Shown here: piece by piece, positions 40,160 to 52,317 of the stretch | Numbering within the stretch: position 1 is the first letter of the stretch | Layout of the letters: each line of letters starts with the position of its first letter | Assembly: GCF_044704955.1 (NCBI RefSeq) | Contig: NC_091986.1 | Location: forward strand, 23,374,001-23,438,000 | Length of the DNA stretch: 64,000 bases | DNA from: Pristiophorus japonicus | Taxonomy: Eukaryota | Reading direction: 5' to 3' | Notes under the pieces: model-generated | Database searches by the model: none | Seen by the model: only the letters and a program-made list of their open reading frames with translations | Told to the model about the DNA's origin: nothing | Program-made: the position numbers and the translations under genes

Positions 40160-40455
40160 TTAGGAACTTGACACATCATTGAAGAAGTGTTGCATTGTTG
40201 GAGATGCTGTCCTTTGGATGAGACATTAAAGTGAGGCCTTCATCTTCCCACTTAGGAGGATGTAAATGACCTGACGGCAGCATTCTCCTGGTGTCTTGGC
40301 CAACATTCCTCCTTCACCCAACACTGTCAAAAGCAGATGATGAGTCGTTTATTTATCTGCTGTTTGTGGGACCTTGCTATGCGCAAATTATCTGTCATGT
40401 TTGCCTACATAATGACAGTGATTAAACTTCTAAAAGAACTCATTGTGAAGTGCAT
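40160..40455 (+). mobile_element. SacSINE1/Deu-domain SINE
   Basis: GCTGTCCTTTGGATGAGAC...GCTGTTTGTGGGACCTTGCTATGCGCAAATT. Confidence 0.75.
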
Positions 40456-40591
40456 TGCTTACTCTCTTTTGCTGCTTCCTTGCTCCCCCTCTCCATTTTG
40501 AAGATCACTGCAACTTTATGAAGATTGTCACCCCTAATGACACAGAGATTGATAAAAAAAAAATTTATCCATTGTATTGTTTTAACATCAA

Positions 40592-41147
40592 GGGTTAGAT
40601 TTGAAGGCCCATGCCTGGTAGAAAGCAGAATTAATATAGAGGTAGTAGACTTACTATTTCTACTCTGTCACCAATTTTCCCTACTGCTGGGTGGCTAAGG
40701 TGTCTGCCTGAATCAGGTGGGGGCCTCGTTAATCTATGCAATTCAGGGTCAGATGGACCGCAATGCCATTTTAACTGCCTACTGGATGGAGAGTGCACCC
40801 TGGACACTCCAGTTAGTAACACCCAGAGGCCCGAAATAATAAATCCTGAAATTATTTTTGTGGGGCCAGGAAGAGCAGAAGTGAACTTATCCCATCCTGG
40901 GTTCCCCACCTCAGGAGACCACATCTCCCCTGGACTTACCTTTTTCTTGGCCAGTTTGGCCTCCAAGCCACCTGATGTAGTGCCAGCTCAGAGCCCACTA
41001 ATTGCATTTGGGATGCCTGATTGCAGCCTGTAGCCGACCTCATTTATGTTGATAAGGCCTAGCCTTGGAAATAGACCTGGCCTCCTGCCAGTACTATCCA
41101 GCTGGCACATTCCACCTATCGGCCGTCCGATAGTTAACATCTAACCC
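40592..41147. mobile_element. Harbinger-type MITE
   Basis: Perfect 9-bp TIR GGGTTAGAT...ATCTAACCC. Confidence 0.7.
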
Positions 41148-41156
41148 TGACTCTCA

Positions 41157-41915
41157 GGCCGAGAAATTGGCATCCTTAGCGCCTCTCGTTATCGGCTCCA
41201 GGGGGCGCTAACGGGGTGCTAAGCACTTACTGACCGGGCGCGGCGAGATGATCGACTCCCGCTATGTTTGGCGGGAGGTTTGCGGCGGCGGTAAGACGTT
41301 GCACCCCGATCTCCTTTGCCCAGAGATTGTGATGTCATCTCCGTGCGCATCGCCCTGGTAGCGCCCCGGACCCAAACGTCGGATCAGCCCCTGCAGCAGC
41401 GCTGGGCAATAACACGGGCAGCTCCAGGAGGCGTTGTTCGGGAGGCCGGGAGCTTCGGGGGCAATGCTTCAAGGCCAGGTGGCCGAGGTAAGGGAAAAAC
41501 ATTTCAAAATGTTGCTTCTCTTTTTTGTTCATTCGTCTTCGCCAGCGATCGATCAGCCTGGCACCCTGTTGCCGTGCATTGGGCTGATCGCCGGATCGCA
41601 GCTGCCATCGGGGACCAGGTAAATTCTTCCCTTGCAGAGCCTGCAGCGATGACCCTTCCCTTTAAGGGAGGGAAAGAGCCTCTGAACGCGGCAGCGCTGC
41701 ACGGCCCATTGTGCAGCACTGCAGAAGTACCGCCCCGTCTGCATCCTGTTGCGCTCCAGGAAGGAAGTGGAGCGCCTGATTTAGTGCTCCACTTCCTTCC
41801 TGGAGTGCATACCCGGAATTTTTGAAAAGTTGAAAATGATTAGTGCCTGCCGCTAATTTTTTCAACTTTAAAGAAATTGAGCGCCCCAAATCGAGCACTC
41901 CCGAATTTCTCCCCC
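41157..41915. mobile_element. Harbinger-type MITE, family A
   Basis: GGCCGAGAAATT...AATTTCTCCCCC with 3-bp TSD TCA; similar to 1960-2713. Confidence 0.88.
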
Positions 41916-42259
41916 TCAATGTTAAGTGCACTGACTTATCACTTCCTTTATTTAACAAAACCATCCCTTCGTACAGCACAAACACAAGGGGCTGGATTTT
42001 TGGCTTTTTGCGATTTCGCTCATTTCTGGGCGCAAAACATAGAGAAATCAAAAACTTTAGCGGCAGGTTAGCATTAGCACCAGAGCACGCAACTTTCGCC
42101 AGATGAAATTTCACAAGGAGCGTTAGCGCTAATGTCGGCGTTGCACCATACAGTTTGTGTGCCTGGAGCCAAGGGTTCAAGAGCTTTAAAAATCGGCCAT
42201 TCTGCGCATGCGCAAATATATATTTTTTTCTTCCCACGCTTCTGGTCTGCTGTCCAATC

Positions 42260-44084
42260 ATGGAGGAGGAGGATTGGAGACTGCATGCCAGCCGATTTAA
42301 CCAAGAGGCTAACAAAGCTCTCGTGGGGGCTGTGGAGAGAAGATGGCAGGAATTATATCGGAGCCAGCCATTTTAATCGAATATGGAGGGAAATCGCTGA
42401 GGAGGTCTCTGCCTCAGACACAGTGGCCACGGGTGGCACACAGTGCCGGAAAAAGTTCAATGATCTTTCGAGGATCGTTAGAGTGAGTACAAATTTTATT
42501 GATGCACTCCTTCATTACTGCTACTATAAATCTGACACACTATTTGTTCTCATGCTGTTGGTGTCTCTCAGTACTCTGTGGGTTGCCTCCTAAAATGCAT
42601 GACACATTGGTAGGCTTAGTTTGACACCCTATTTGCCATGAATGATCTTTACACATTATTCAGATTGCTTTCTGAGATCCCATCAGATGTTTCTGCACTT
42701 CTATGTCCTCCTGATGAACCACATGCAACTTCCAAGACCATTAAACAGAGGACTCTATTACAGTATGGTATAAGTGCTTATACAGTATGGTATAAGTGCT
42801 TTGGTGGCTATCTGTGTGTGCCACAAGAGCAGATGGACCCTCTGGTAACCATTCCCATTTTTATTTTTGCAGACAAAGAAGTTCCATAACCATCGCAAGC
42901 AGGTGAGGACAGGCGGCGGTCCGCCTCACACTCTGCCACTCAAGGACCTCGAGTAGAGAGTGGCAGGCCTCATCAGCATCTCAGGGGTCCGGCAACTGCC
43001 ACTCGGGGCACTGTCTCCCGCTTGGATACTGAGGGTAAGTCCTGCATACTCACTGGGCTGGGTTGAGGCAATGTCCTGCAGTGTCTGTGGACTAGGGTTG
43101 GGGCAATGTGATGCAGTGTCTCTGGACTAGTTATAATGGAGTAGCGGTGGTCCTTCAAATGAGCCTGTGCTATGTAACCTTCCTCATATCACCCTGCCCC
43201 CTCCCCTGCTGCTAACCACTCACCTGTTGCTTTCTACTTCCAGGTGACCAGCCACAGCCGCAGCATCCCTCAAAGTAACACTCTACATCAGGCCATCGTG
43301 TGGAGGAGGAAGAGGAAGAGGACAAGTTCAGAGATCAGTGAACTCCGGGGTAGGTGCAATCTACCCCTCATTTACCACTGGCAATCACCTTGTCTGCAGA
43401 CGATGATGTAACTTTTTCGGGGTTTGACAACTCCGAGGCTCCTGGGACTAGTAGCGTGCAGCAACGCAGTTCTGGGGTCGAATCCCACATGCCATCTCTC
43501 CGGAGGGTGAGTCGGCAAAGTCGGTCTGCTGACAGACAGGCAGACGTGGAACTGGACATGGTGGGACTGTCCAGGGAGAGCATCCAGCTCACCCGTCATT
43601 CTCCTTGATGTCCTGGGTAGGATTTGCGTGACCATCGAGAATCTCACTGTGACCATTACGGAGTTAGATCGCAGATTGTCAGTGCGAGCCATCAAACCTG
43701 TGAGGCCATCACTGCCCACACGAGGCTGGTGGCCTCCAGCAGTGACACTGGAGTCCCGGAGAGTGTGGCGTGAAACTTTGCGGAATATGGTGCATCACAG
43801 ACACGAGCTCTGCTTCAGCTTGGACAGGTGATGCAATCCATAAACCCTCCTGCCGTACTCTCTGCGTTCACCAGTGTCACACCCAGACCCAAACCATCTG
43901 TGACTGTCGACGCCGATTAAGAGGCTCGCCAGTCAGAAGTTGGGTCTTCCACGCCACGAGCTTGGTCCATTGTGTCCCCAGACAGCATCTCCAATGTCTC
44001 TCCCCCCAACATAGCAGCGCTCTGGCAGCCTTGCTGCATGCCATCTTGGTGTCACTAGGAGCTGCAGGCAAGGGACGTTTATAA
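42260..44084 (+). pseudogene. Harbinger Myb/SANT-like DNA-binding protein, 3 exons (42260-42482, 42873-43034, 43244-about 44084)
   Basis: RFNQEANKALVGAVERRW / WREIAEEVSA...QCRKKFNDL / HNHRKQVRTGGGPP; GT-AG introns; frameshifts and stops. Confidence 0.85.
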
Positions 44085-44423
44085 GGGTAAGTGGGGTGGG
44101 GGGAGGGGGGCGTGGGGGGAGCCGGTGCTAAAAGATAGTGGGGCAGAGGTTGCTGTATTATATTCTGCATTGTGTTGTTTATAATGTTGATGTTATTGTT
44201 GTTGAATAATCACACTGCTGGATGCAGATAATTTATGTTATTTTATTAAAGTTTCAAAGTTTCAAAATTAAGTTAACAAAGTTATAAAAGTTTACAATGT
44301 TTCATAAATTATTTTGTTCACCTTAACCATTCCTGTGTGTGTCTCATTTGTAGAATAAGAAGGGGAATAGTCAACATGGTGGGATAAAGTGGCCAGGTAA
44401 CGGTCAAATGTTCTGTTCACTCT

Positions 44424-45116
44424 TCAAGCAAAGCATTCAATTATGAGGTGCTGACGTAAGGCTTTTGCAGCAGCGAAATTTCCAAATGCCTCCTCTCTGG
44501 TTGTGGTGGGGGTGGCATGGGTTCCTCAACAAGTTCCTCTTCCTCATCTTCCCCCTCCCTCCCTCCCCCCCTTCTCTCCTGAGGTGATTCTGCAAGCCCC
44601 ATTGACAATTCCTGCAAATCGTCCAAAACCTACAGCCCTCTCACTTTGGGTCTCTCTGGTCATTGGGAAGTTTATGCAGTCCATCCTGCATGCGTACAGT
44701 GCAGTGGTCACCTGGCGAATGCGGCAATGTGTAGCGTGCTGCAAGTTGGGGCATATGTCCCCCGATGATGCCTGAAAGAAGCCGGAGGCATAGAAGGGAA
44801 GTGTCGCAGTCACCTTCACCTCGACGGGCAGTGCTGTCCTGCTGGCGCGAGTAGGCTATAGGTCTGCCTGTATGAGCTGTCATATCTTTGCGACCACCTC
44901 TTTTTGGAAGCGCAGCCTTCTAACACATTGTGCCTCAAACAGCTGGATGTATGAGCGAGTTTCCCTGTAAACTCGTGGGGGGTAAGGCCTCCTCCCCATA
45001 TGTCTGTGACCTCTTGGATTACATTGAAAATGCTCATCAATAAGCTTTCTTCCAGCTTGCAGCCGTATGAATACAGCAACCAGGATGAATGGCTCCCGAC
45101 AGAGCATGGCCCCCAT
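44424..45116 (-). pseudogene. Harbinger (HARBI1-like) transposase lacking the DDE core
   Basis: PYPPRVYR...QCVRRLRF...ALPVEVKVTATLPFYASGFFQ...VGFGRFAG fused directly to an acidic tail and RQHLIIECFA*. Confidence 0.88.
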
Positions 45117-46236
45117 CTTTTAAAAGGTCCTTAAATATCCTTTATGAAACAAGCTAGAAACTCACACAAACTTCACAATCAAAAGTATGCAGTATTGCAG
45201 TGATCTTCTCCCAATCATTTTAATCACTCATAACTGCGACTTCCTCCTCCGTTTTCAAGGTGGCGCTGTTAGCGCCTGGTGCACTCTGGGTCCGACTGTT
45301 TTTTTTTGGGCGGGTTGTCGGCCGGACGCTAAATCGGACGAAATGCTCGAAAGTTCCGCCCGGGGCGCTGGTGCAGCGATGCACGACGATTTACATCATG
45401 CAACCGGTCAAAACAGCGACGGGGCGGTACGTTTTAGCGCCGCCGCAAAACCATTGACGAAAATTCCGCCCGCGCGCAAAATCTCGCGCGTGTCGTTTCA
45501 CGCCAAAAAAAAAAAAATCATTTTTGCGCCCCGCCCAGGTGCTAAATTGGCCGCAAATCCAGCCCATTCTCCCAGAATGGTGGGCTGGCCCAGCAAGGTA
45601 CAGTGACGACCTGCTGCATGGTCGAACACCACTGTTTAGCAATGTCAAAAAAAATCAAATAATGTTTGAGTCGCACGAGAACAACACAATTTTTACAAAT
45701 GTTTTGGGGATCATATTCCACAAGCTCCATCTGTTTATGATTAGGTCCATTGGTTATGGTGACGGAATAAGTAAAATTTTGTTTTCATTACATGGGATTA
45801 TGGGATTTTCTGGCATATTTACTGGTGTTTTGAGGATCGAATTCTGTGCTTCCATCCATTCTTCAGTGGCCTTTGTTTATGATCCACATTTGCTGAATTC
45901 CTAGTATCGGCAATATTGCCATTGGAAAGTCATCTAATTTAAATATTTAAACAGCGCTCCCAGCATATATTGGATGAGGTGCTGAGAGAGCACTGAGGTT
46001 GCTGTGGTGGATTGTTATGCAACAATAGCTATTAAAGGGCCACAGGCTTCTCTCAAAAATGTGTTTTTTTTAACGGAAATCAATGAGCCGAGATCAGCCT
46101 GATTAACAGATTGGGCTTTGGAGGCTGTGGAGTTGAAGGTCTTGCATTGTAGAGTGGCTCGATTTAGAGAAGAAAGTGGCCCTTAAGCTATCATTCCAGA
46201 CTTTACTCGTAGTGCCCATTTCAGACAAACACTGAG

Positions 46237-47023
46237 GGGTTGCTATTAATTCCCCATGATGATTGGGTGAGGGTCGTAGGGGGTTAAAAAGTTAAAATCA
46301 TGAAACACAACCTCAACCCACAGCATACATGCCTGCCGCCATTCTTACGGTGGCGGGCAGTGAGCCACGGGAGTGTCCTGTCTTGGCGAGCCGGGACATT
46401 TCATTATCACATTTAAGTCGGGTTCCCTCAGTGCAGTTGGGAGCCTGATTTAAATTAAATGGCTGCCGGACGGGTTTCCCAGGGCTCGGGAAACCCGGCA
46501 GCGACATGGAGACGGGAGCAGCTGGCTGCAGAAGGTAAGCTTTTTAAAGCACTCCTCCTGGCCCCTCAAGTAAATATTTTGCCGATCGTGGCCTCACCTC
46601 ACTGCTGCCACCTGCCGACTCCTCCTCTAAACCCATGATCCCTGAGGCTCCCTCCAAGCAAAAATCTCCCTCCTGTTTGCTGGTCCGACCGCCCCCACCT
46701 CCATTCTGCCCCATGATCTTCACCTCCGTCCCGATTACCAGTTCGACACTCACTTCTGTCCCGCAATCTTTCAGGATTGCCCGTGACCATTCCCAACGCT
46801 CCCTGGCTGCAGCCTCCTGCCATTGGCTTTCTTGCCCAGCAGCTGGTCAGCCTGTCAGTCTGGGGGCGGGCGGGGGGTGGTGGGGCAAAACAGAATTTTT
46901 AAAATTATAATGAGGTTCTGATGTTAAATATGGCAGCACCTCCATGTCCCCGGGTTTTCCGTGTTTCTCCCTCACAACGGTGCTCCCCTGCTCCCTCCCC
47001 GTCACTCTAGAAATATCAGGGCC
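46237..47023. mobile_element. Harbinger-type MITE (or left arm of Harbinger 2)
   Basis: GC-rich block ending AAATATCAGGGCC; left end approximate. Confidence 0.5.
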
Positions 47024-47323
47024 TGAGTCTCTAGAGTGCGACTCAGATGCTCCAGGCAAATTATACGATTTAGCTCTAATTTTAATGAAATTAGTACCCT
47101 TAACACAGTAGGGTAGGTTTGAACTCTCGGGATTAGCCCTTGAAAATAGGTGCAGGGATGGTGATGTGCAATTAACCCATGCCCGTTCGGTGTAATGCAG
47201 GCAATATGCCAACTTTGTGCTGCCTGCTCATTATCATGATTGTTGCATGTAGCCAGTGCTCCCCACACTGTTCATTGGCTCCACCCATCAGCAGGGACCC
47301 AAAATCGTGAGTGCCTAGCAGTA

Positions 47324-47410
47324 CTTAAAGCTATCCTGCCCCTCTTAAAGCTAGACTGCATCTCTTAAAGTTAGCCTGCACCTCCTAAAGCTGATCTGCA
47401 CCTCCTAAAG
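47324..47410. repeat. 20-bp tandem repeat, about 4 copies (CTTAAAGCTAGCCTGCACCT-like)
   Basis: Visible directly, ending about 80 bp upstream of the Myb-like ATG. Confidence 0.85.
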
Positions 47411-47490
47411 GGGAGGTGCATTGTGGCTGGAACAGGTGCTGGGAGTCATTCTACAAGTGATTCTGACTCTGACCTGGGAAAGAGTGAAGA

Positions 47491-49226
47491 ATGGCTGAGA
47501 ATGGGAGAGTGCGGGCACCAAGATTTTCGGATGCCGCACTGGAGGTTTTGGTTGCATAGCTGGAATGGAGGAGGGCTGTCTTGTATATTCAGGGGAGCAG
47601 GAGGCCCTCCAAGCATTTCTCAAAATGCAGTGGCAAGACATAGCGGAGGAGGTCAATGCCAGGAGTACAGCTCCAAAAACATGGATGCCACACTGGAATA
47701 AGTTAAATGATCTCACACGAGTGGTCAAGGTCAGTGAATGCATCCTCAAGTACCATATTCTACCAACTATACCACCAGCCTCAGCCACCGATCAATTCAC
47801 CACACCTCCATCGCTCATCTACCAACAACCTCTATCAATCAGGACTAATTCCTTACATTCATGTGCTTCAACTCACCCTCACATGCTTAGCACTATTGCA
47901 AGCCTCAAACCCACATCTCACAGCTTGCACACATTGCAGCTATTTAACCATGATAGCAACATCACCCACACAGATGTCATGACACTCAATGACACAATTC
48001 CCTCTCTCTTGCAGGAGAAGTTGACGCACAACTGGAGGCAGCAGGAACTAACCATCGGGGGCGAGGTGAACCTGCATGTTCTAACCCCCATGGAGGAGAC
48101 GGTGTTGGCCATTATGGGAAGAGCCATGGCTGAGGCCATGGCCACCGGCAGAGTTGAAGCGATTGAAGATGAGGGTGTCCACATATCTATTCACCCTTCT
48201 CTCATCCCACTTCTCCCTCATCCCTCAATCTCTTCTGACTTACAAGCTGCAGGTGGTGTGAACATGTACTTCTTACTTTCTCCTCTCCCCTTACCACAAC
48301 TGTACACGTGTCCCTTTTTCCTTTCACATATCCAAGAACTGCGACCTGCCCAGGCAGTGGAAGAAGAGCAAAATGATGAGGACACACCATTATTCGATTT
48401 CACTGTTGCGGCCACCAACTCAGATACTGACACTGTGTGCAATTTAGAGGATAGGATAGAAGCAGGATCTGCACGTGGTAAGACATTGGGCACAAGTGTA
48501 CTGCTGCCAGGGCAGGGGGAAAGGATAGCACAGGTGCCAACTTGTCGGAGGGCGAGGTCGCTCATTAGTTCTGCTGCAAAGGACTCAAATTATGACTTTG
48601 ATGGGCCAGGCAACAGAGGATGGCTGATGGGTGTACATACCCAAATGCTTGGTGCACTTGGAGGTCTGCCAGAAAGCCTGTGTTCAATGTCAAGGAGCAT
48701 GGAGGAGTCCGGCACCAACTTGGCACAGGGCATTGCATGGAGCTTGGAGCTCTTCCTTTCCAATATGGATCAGCACACCTGTGGAACCAACTATGAAGCA
48801 GTGTCTGAAGGCAATGTTTCAGCTTCCATTGCAGCACAAGCCGCAGCCACCCAATATCAGAGTGTACAGTGGAAGCTCAGACTGCTCTCATGCAATCACA
48901 GCTTGTTGCCATGCAAGCTCAGGCTGTTGCTATCATGGCTCGGGAAACCACTGTTCAAAGGCGCTTCCAGGGCATCCTAGCATTGCAGCAACCTGCTCTC
49001 CAATAGAGAACTAGGATTGCTAAGGCGCCGCCCTGGGGAAGTGGCAGTGGCTTCATGGACTACGAACCTGCTGTCCTCTTTCCGGATGACAGGATTCATG
49101 CTCCCACCCTGCCACGCCACCAGTGCCGTTGCTGTTGCATGTTTGCCAGCCAGCTAACCCAGACTGATGCAGCCAAGGCTGAGATGGTGCAGTCTGAAAC
49201 TGGGCCTTGTAGGCCCAGAGCTGCTT
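47491..49226 (+). pseudogene. Harbinger Myb/SANT-like protein gene (final piece at 56972-57092)
   Basis: MAENGRVRAPRFSDAALEVLV / WQDIAEEVNARS...WNKLNDLTRVVK / EKLTHNWRQQELTIGG; intron 47730-48014. Confidence 0.85.
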
Positions 49227-52200
49227 GAAACATAGAAACATAGAAAATAGGTGCAGGAGTAGGCCATTCGGCCCTTCGAGCCTGCACCGCCATTCAATGA
49301 GTTCATGGCTGAACATGCAACTTCAGTACCCCATTCCTACTTTCTCACCATACCCCTTGATCCCCCCAGTAGTAAGGACTACATCTAATTCCTTTTTGAA
49401 TATATTCAGTGAATTGGCCTCAACAACTTTCTGTGGTGGAGAATTCCACAGGTTCACCACTCTCTGGGTGAAGAAGTTTCTCCTCATCTCGGTCCCAAAT
49501 GGCTTACCCCTTATCCTTAGACTGTGACCCCTGGTTCTGGACTTCCCCAACATTGGGAACATTCTTCCTGCATCTAACCAGTCTAAACCCATCAGAATTT
49601 TAAACATTTCTATGAGATCCCCTCTCATTCTTCTGAACTCCAGTGAATACAAGCCCAGTTGATTCAGTCTTTCTTGATATGTCAGTCCCGCCAACCTGGA
49701 AATCAGTCTGGTGAACCTTCGCTGCACTCCCTCAATAGCAAGAACGTCCTTCCTCAAGTTAGGAGACCAAAACTGTACACAATACTCCAGGTGTGGCCTC
49801 ACCAAGGCCCTGTACAACTGTAGTAACACCTCCCTGCCCCTGTACTCAAATCCCCTCGCTATGAAGGCCAACATGCCATTTGCTTTCTTAACCGCCTGCT
49901 GTACCTGCATGCCAACCTTCAATGACTGATGTACCATGACACCCAGGTCTCGTTGTACCTCCCCTTTTCCTAATCTGTCACCATTCAGATAATAGTCTGT
50001 CTCTCTGTTTTTACCACCAAAGTGGATAACCTCACATTTATCCACATTATACTTCATCTGCCATGCATTTGCTCACTCATCTAACCTATCCAAGTCACTC
50101 TGCAGCCTTATAGCATCCTCCTCGCAGCTCACACTGCCACCCAAATTAGTGTCATCCGCGAATTTGGAGATACTACATTTAATCCCCTCGTCTAAATCAT
50201 TAGTGTACAATGTAAACAGCTGGGGCCCCAGCACAGAACCTTGCGGTACCCCACTAGTCACTGCCTGCCATTCTGAAAAGTACCCATTTACACCTACTCT
50301 TTGCTTCCTGTCTGCCAACCAGTTCTCAATCCATGTCAGCACACTACCACCAATCCCATGTGCTTTAACTTTGCACATTAATCTCTTGCGTGGGACCTTG
50401 TCGAAGGCCTTCTGAAAGTTCAAATACACCACATCAACTGGTTCTCCCTTGTCCACTCTACTGGAAACATCCTCAAAAAATTCCAGAAGATTTGTCAAAC
50501 ATGATTTCCCTTTCACAAATCCATGCTGACTTGGACCTATCATGTCACCTCTTTCCAAATGCGCTGCTATGACATCCTTAATAATTGATTCCATCATTTT
50601 ACTCACTACCGATGTCAGGCTGACCGGTCTATAATTCTCTGTTTTCTCTCTCCCTCTTTTTTTTAAAAAGTGGGGTTACATTGGCTACCCTCTACTCCAT
50701 AGGAACTGATCCAGAGTCTATGGAATGTTGGAAAATGACTGTCAATGCATCCGCTATTTCCAAGGCCACCTCCTTAAGTACTCTGGGATGCAGTCCATCA
50801 GACCCTGCAGATTTATCGACCTTCAATCCCATCAATTTCCCCAATACAATTTCCTGCCTAATAAGGATTTCCCTCAGTTCCTCCTTCTTACTGGACCCTC
50901 TGACCCCTTTTATATCCAGAAGGTTGTTTGTGTCCTCCTTAGTGAATACCGAACCAAAGTACTTGTTCAATTGGTCTGCCATTTCTTTGTTCCCAATTAT
51001 GACTTCCCCTAATTCTGACTGCAGGGGACCTACGTTTGTCTTTACTAACCTTTTTCTCTTTACATATCTATAGAAGCTTTTGCAATCCGTCTTAATGTTC
51101 CCTGCAAACTTCTTCTCGTACTCTATTTTCACTGCCCTAATCAAACCCTTTGTCCTCCTCTGCTGTGTTCTAAATTTCACCCAGTCCCTGGGTTCGCTGC
51201 TATTTCTGGCCAATTTGTATGCCACTTCCTTGGCTTTAATACTATCCCTGATTTCCCTTGATAGCTACGGTTGAGTCACCTTCCCTTTTTTATTTTTACG
51301 CCAGACAGGGATGTACAATTGTTGTAGTTCATCAATGCGGTCTCTAAATGTCTGCCATTGCCCATCCACTGTCAACCCCTTAAGTATCATTCGCCAATCT
51401 ATCCCAGCCAATTCACGCCTCATACCTTCAAAGTTACCCTTCTTTAAGTTCTGGACCATGGTCTCTGAATTAACTGTTTCATTCTCCATCCTAATGCAGA
51501 ATTCCACCATATTATGGTCACTCTTCCCCAAGGGCCTCGCACAACGAGATTGTTAATTAATCCTCTCTCATTACACAACACCCAGTCTAAGATGGCCTCC
51601 CGCATAGTTGGTTCCTCGACATATTGGTCTAGAAAACCATCCCTTATGCACTCCAGGAAATCCTCCTCCACCATATTGCTTCCAGTTTGGTTAGCCCAAT
51701 CTATATGCATGTTAAAGTCACCCATGATAACTGCTGCACCTTTATTGCATGCACCCCTAATTTCCTATTTGGTGCCCTCCCCAACATCACTACAACTCCC
51801 ACTAACGTTTTTTGGCCTTTGGTATTCTGCAGCTCTACCCATATAGATTCCACATCATCCAAGCTAATGTCCTTCCGAACTATTGCCTTAATTTCCTCCT
51901 TAACCAGCAATGCTACCCCATCTCCTTTTCCTTTTATTCTATCTTTTCTGAATGTTGAATACCCCTGGATGTTGAGTTCCCAGCCCTGATCCTCCTGGAA
52001 CCACATCTCTGTAATCCCAATCACATCATATCTGTTAACATCTATTTGCACAGTTAATTCATCCACCTTATTACGGATACTCCTTGCATTAAGACACAAA
52101 GCCTTCAGGCTTGTTTTTTTAACACCCTTTGGCCTTTTAGAATTATGATGTAGTGTGGCCCTTTTTGTTTCTTGCCATTCTTTACTCGGCCTTCCACTAT

Positions 52201-52300
52201 TGCTTTTTACCTTTCTACCATCTGTTTCTGACTCCATATTACTTTGTCCTGTCTTGCTGCATAGGTTCCCATCCCCCTGCCATATTAGTTTAAACACTCC
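49227..52300 (-). mobile_element. CR1 LINE, near-complete ORF2 (APE endonuclease + RT), frameshifted, 5'-truncated
   Basis: [49 protein letters not shown]; (TTTCTATG)n tail. Confidence 0.97.
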
Positions 52301-52317
52301 CGAATGGCCTCCAAGGC

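Larger units (their letters stand above)
41989..45565. mobile_element. PIF/Harbinger DNA transposon 1 (both ends present, internally deleted)
   Basis: TIR GGGCTGGATTT...AAATCCAGCCC enclosing convergent Myb-like and transposase genes; TSD not clear. Confidence 0.9.

Noticed and set aside
42757-42802. 22-bp tandem duplication of TACAGTATGGTATAAGTGCTT
   Set aside because: Simple local duplication inside a transposon intron.
47324-47410. CRISPR-like repeat array
   Set aside because: Contiguous tandem units without unique spacers, eukaryotic context, no cas genes.
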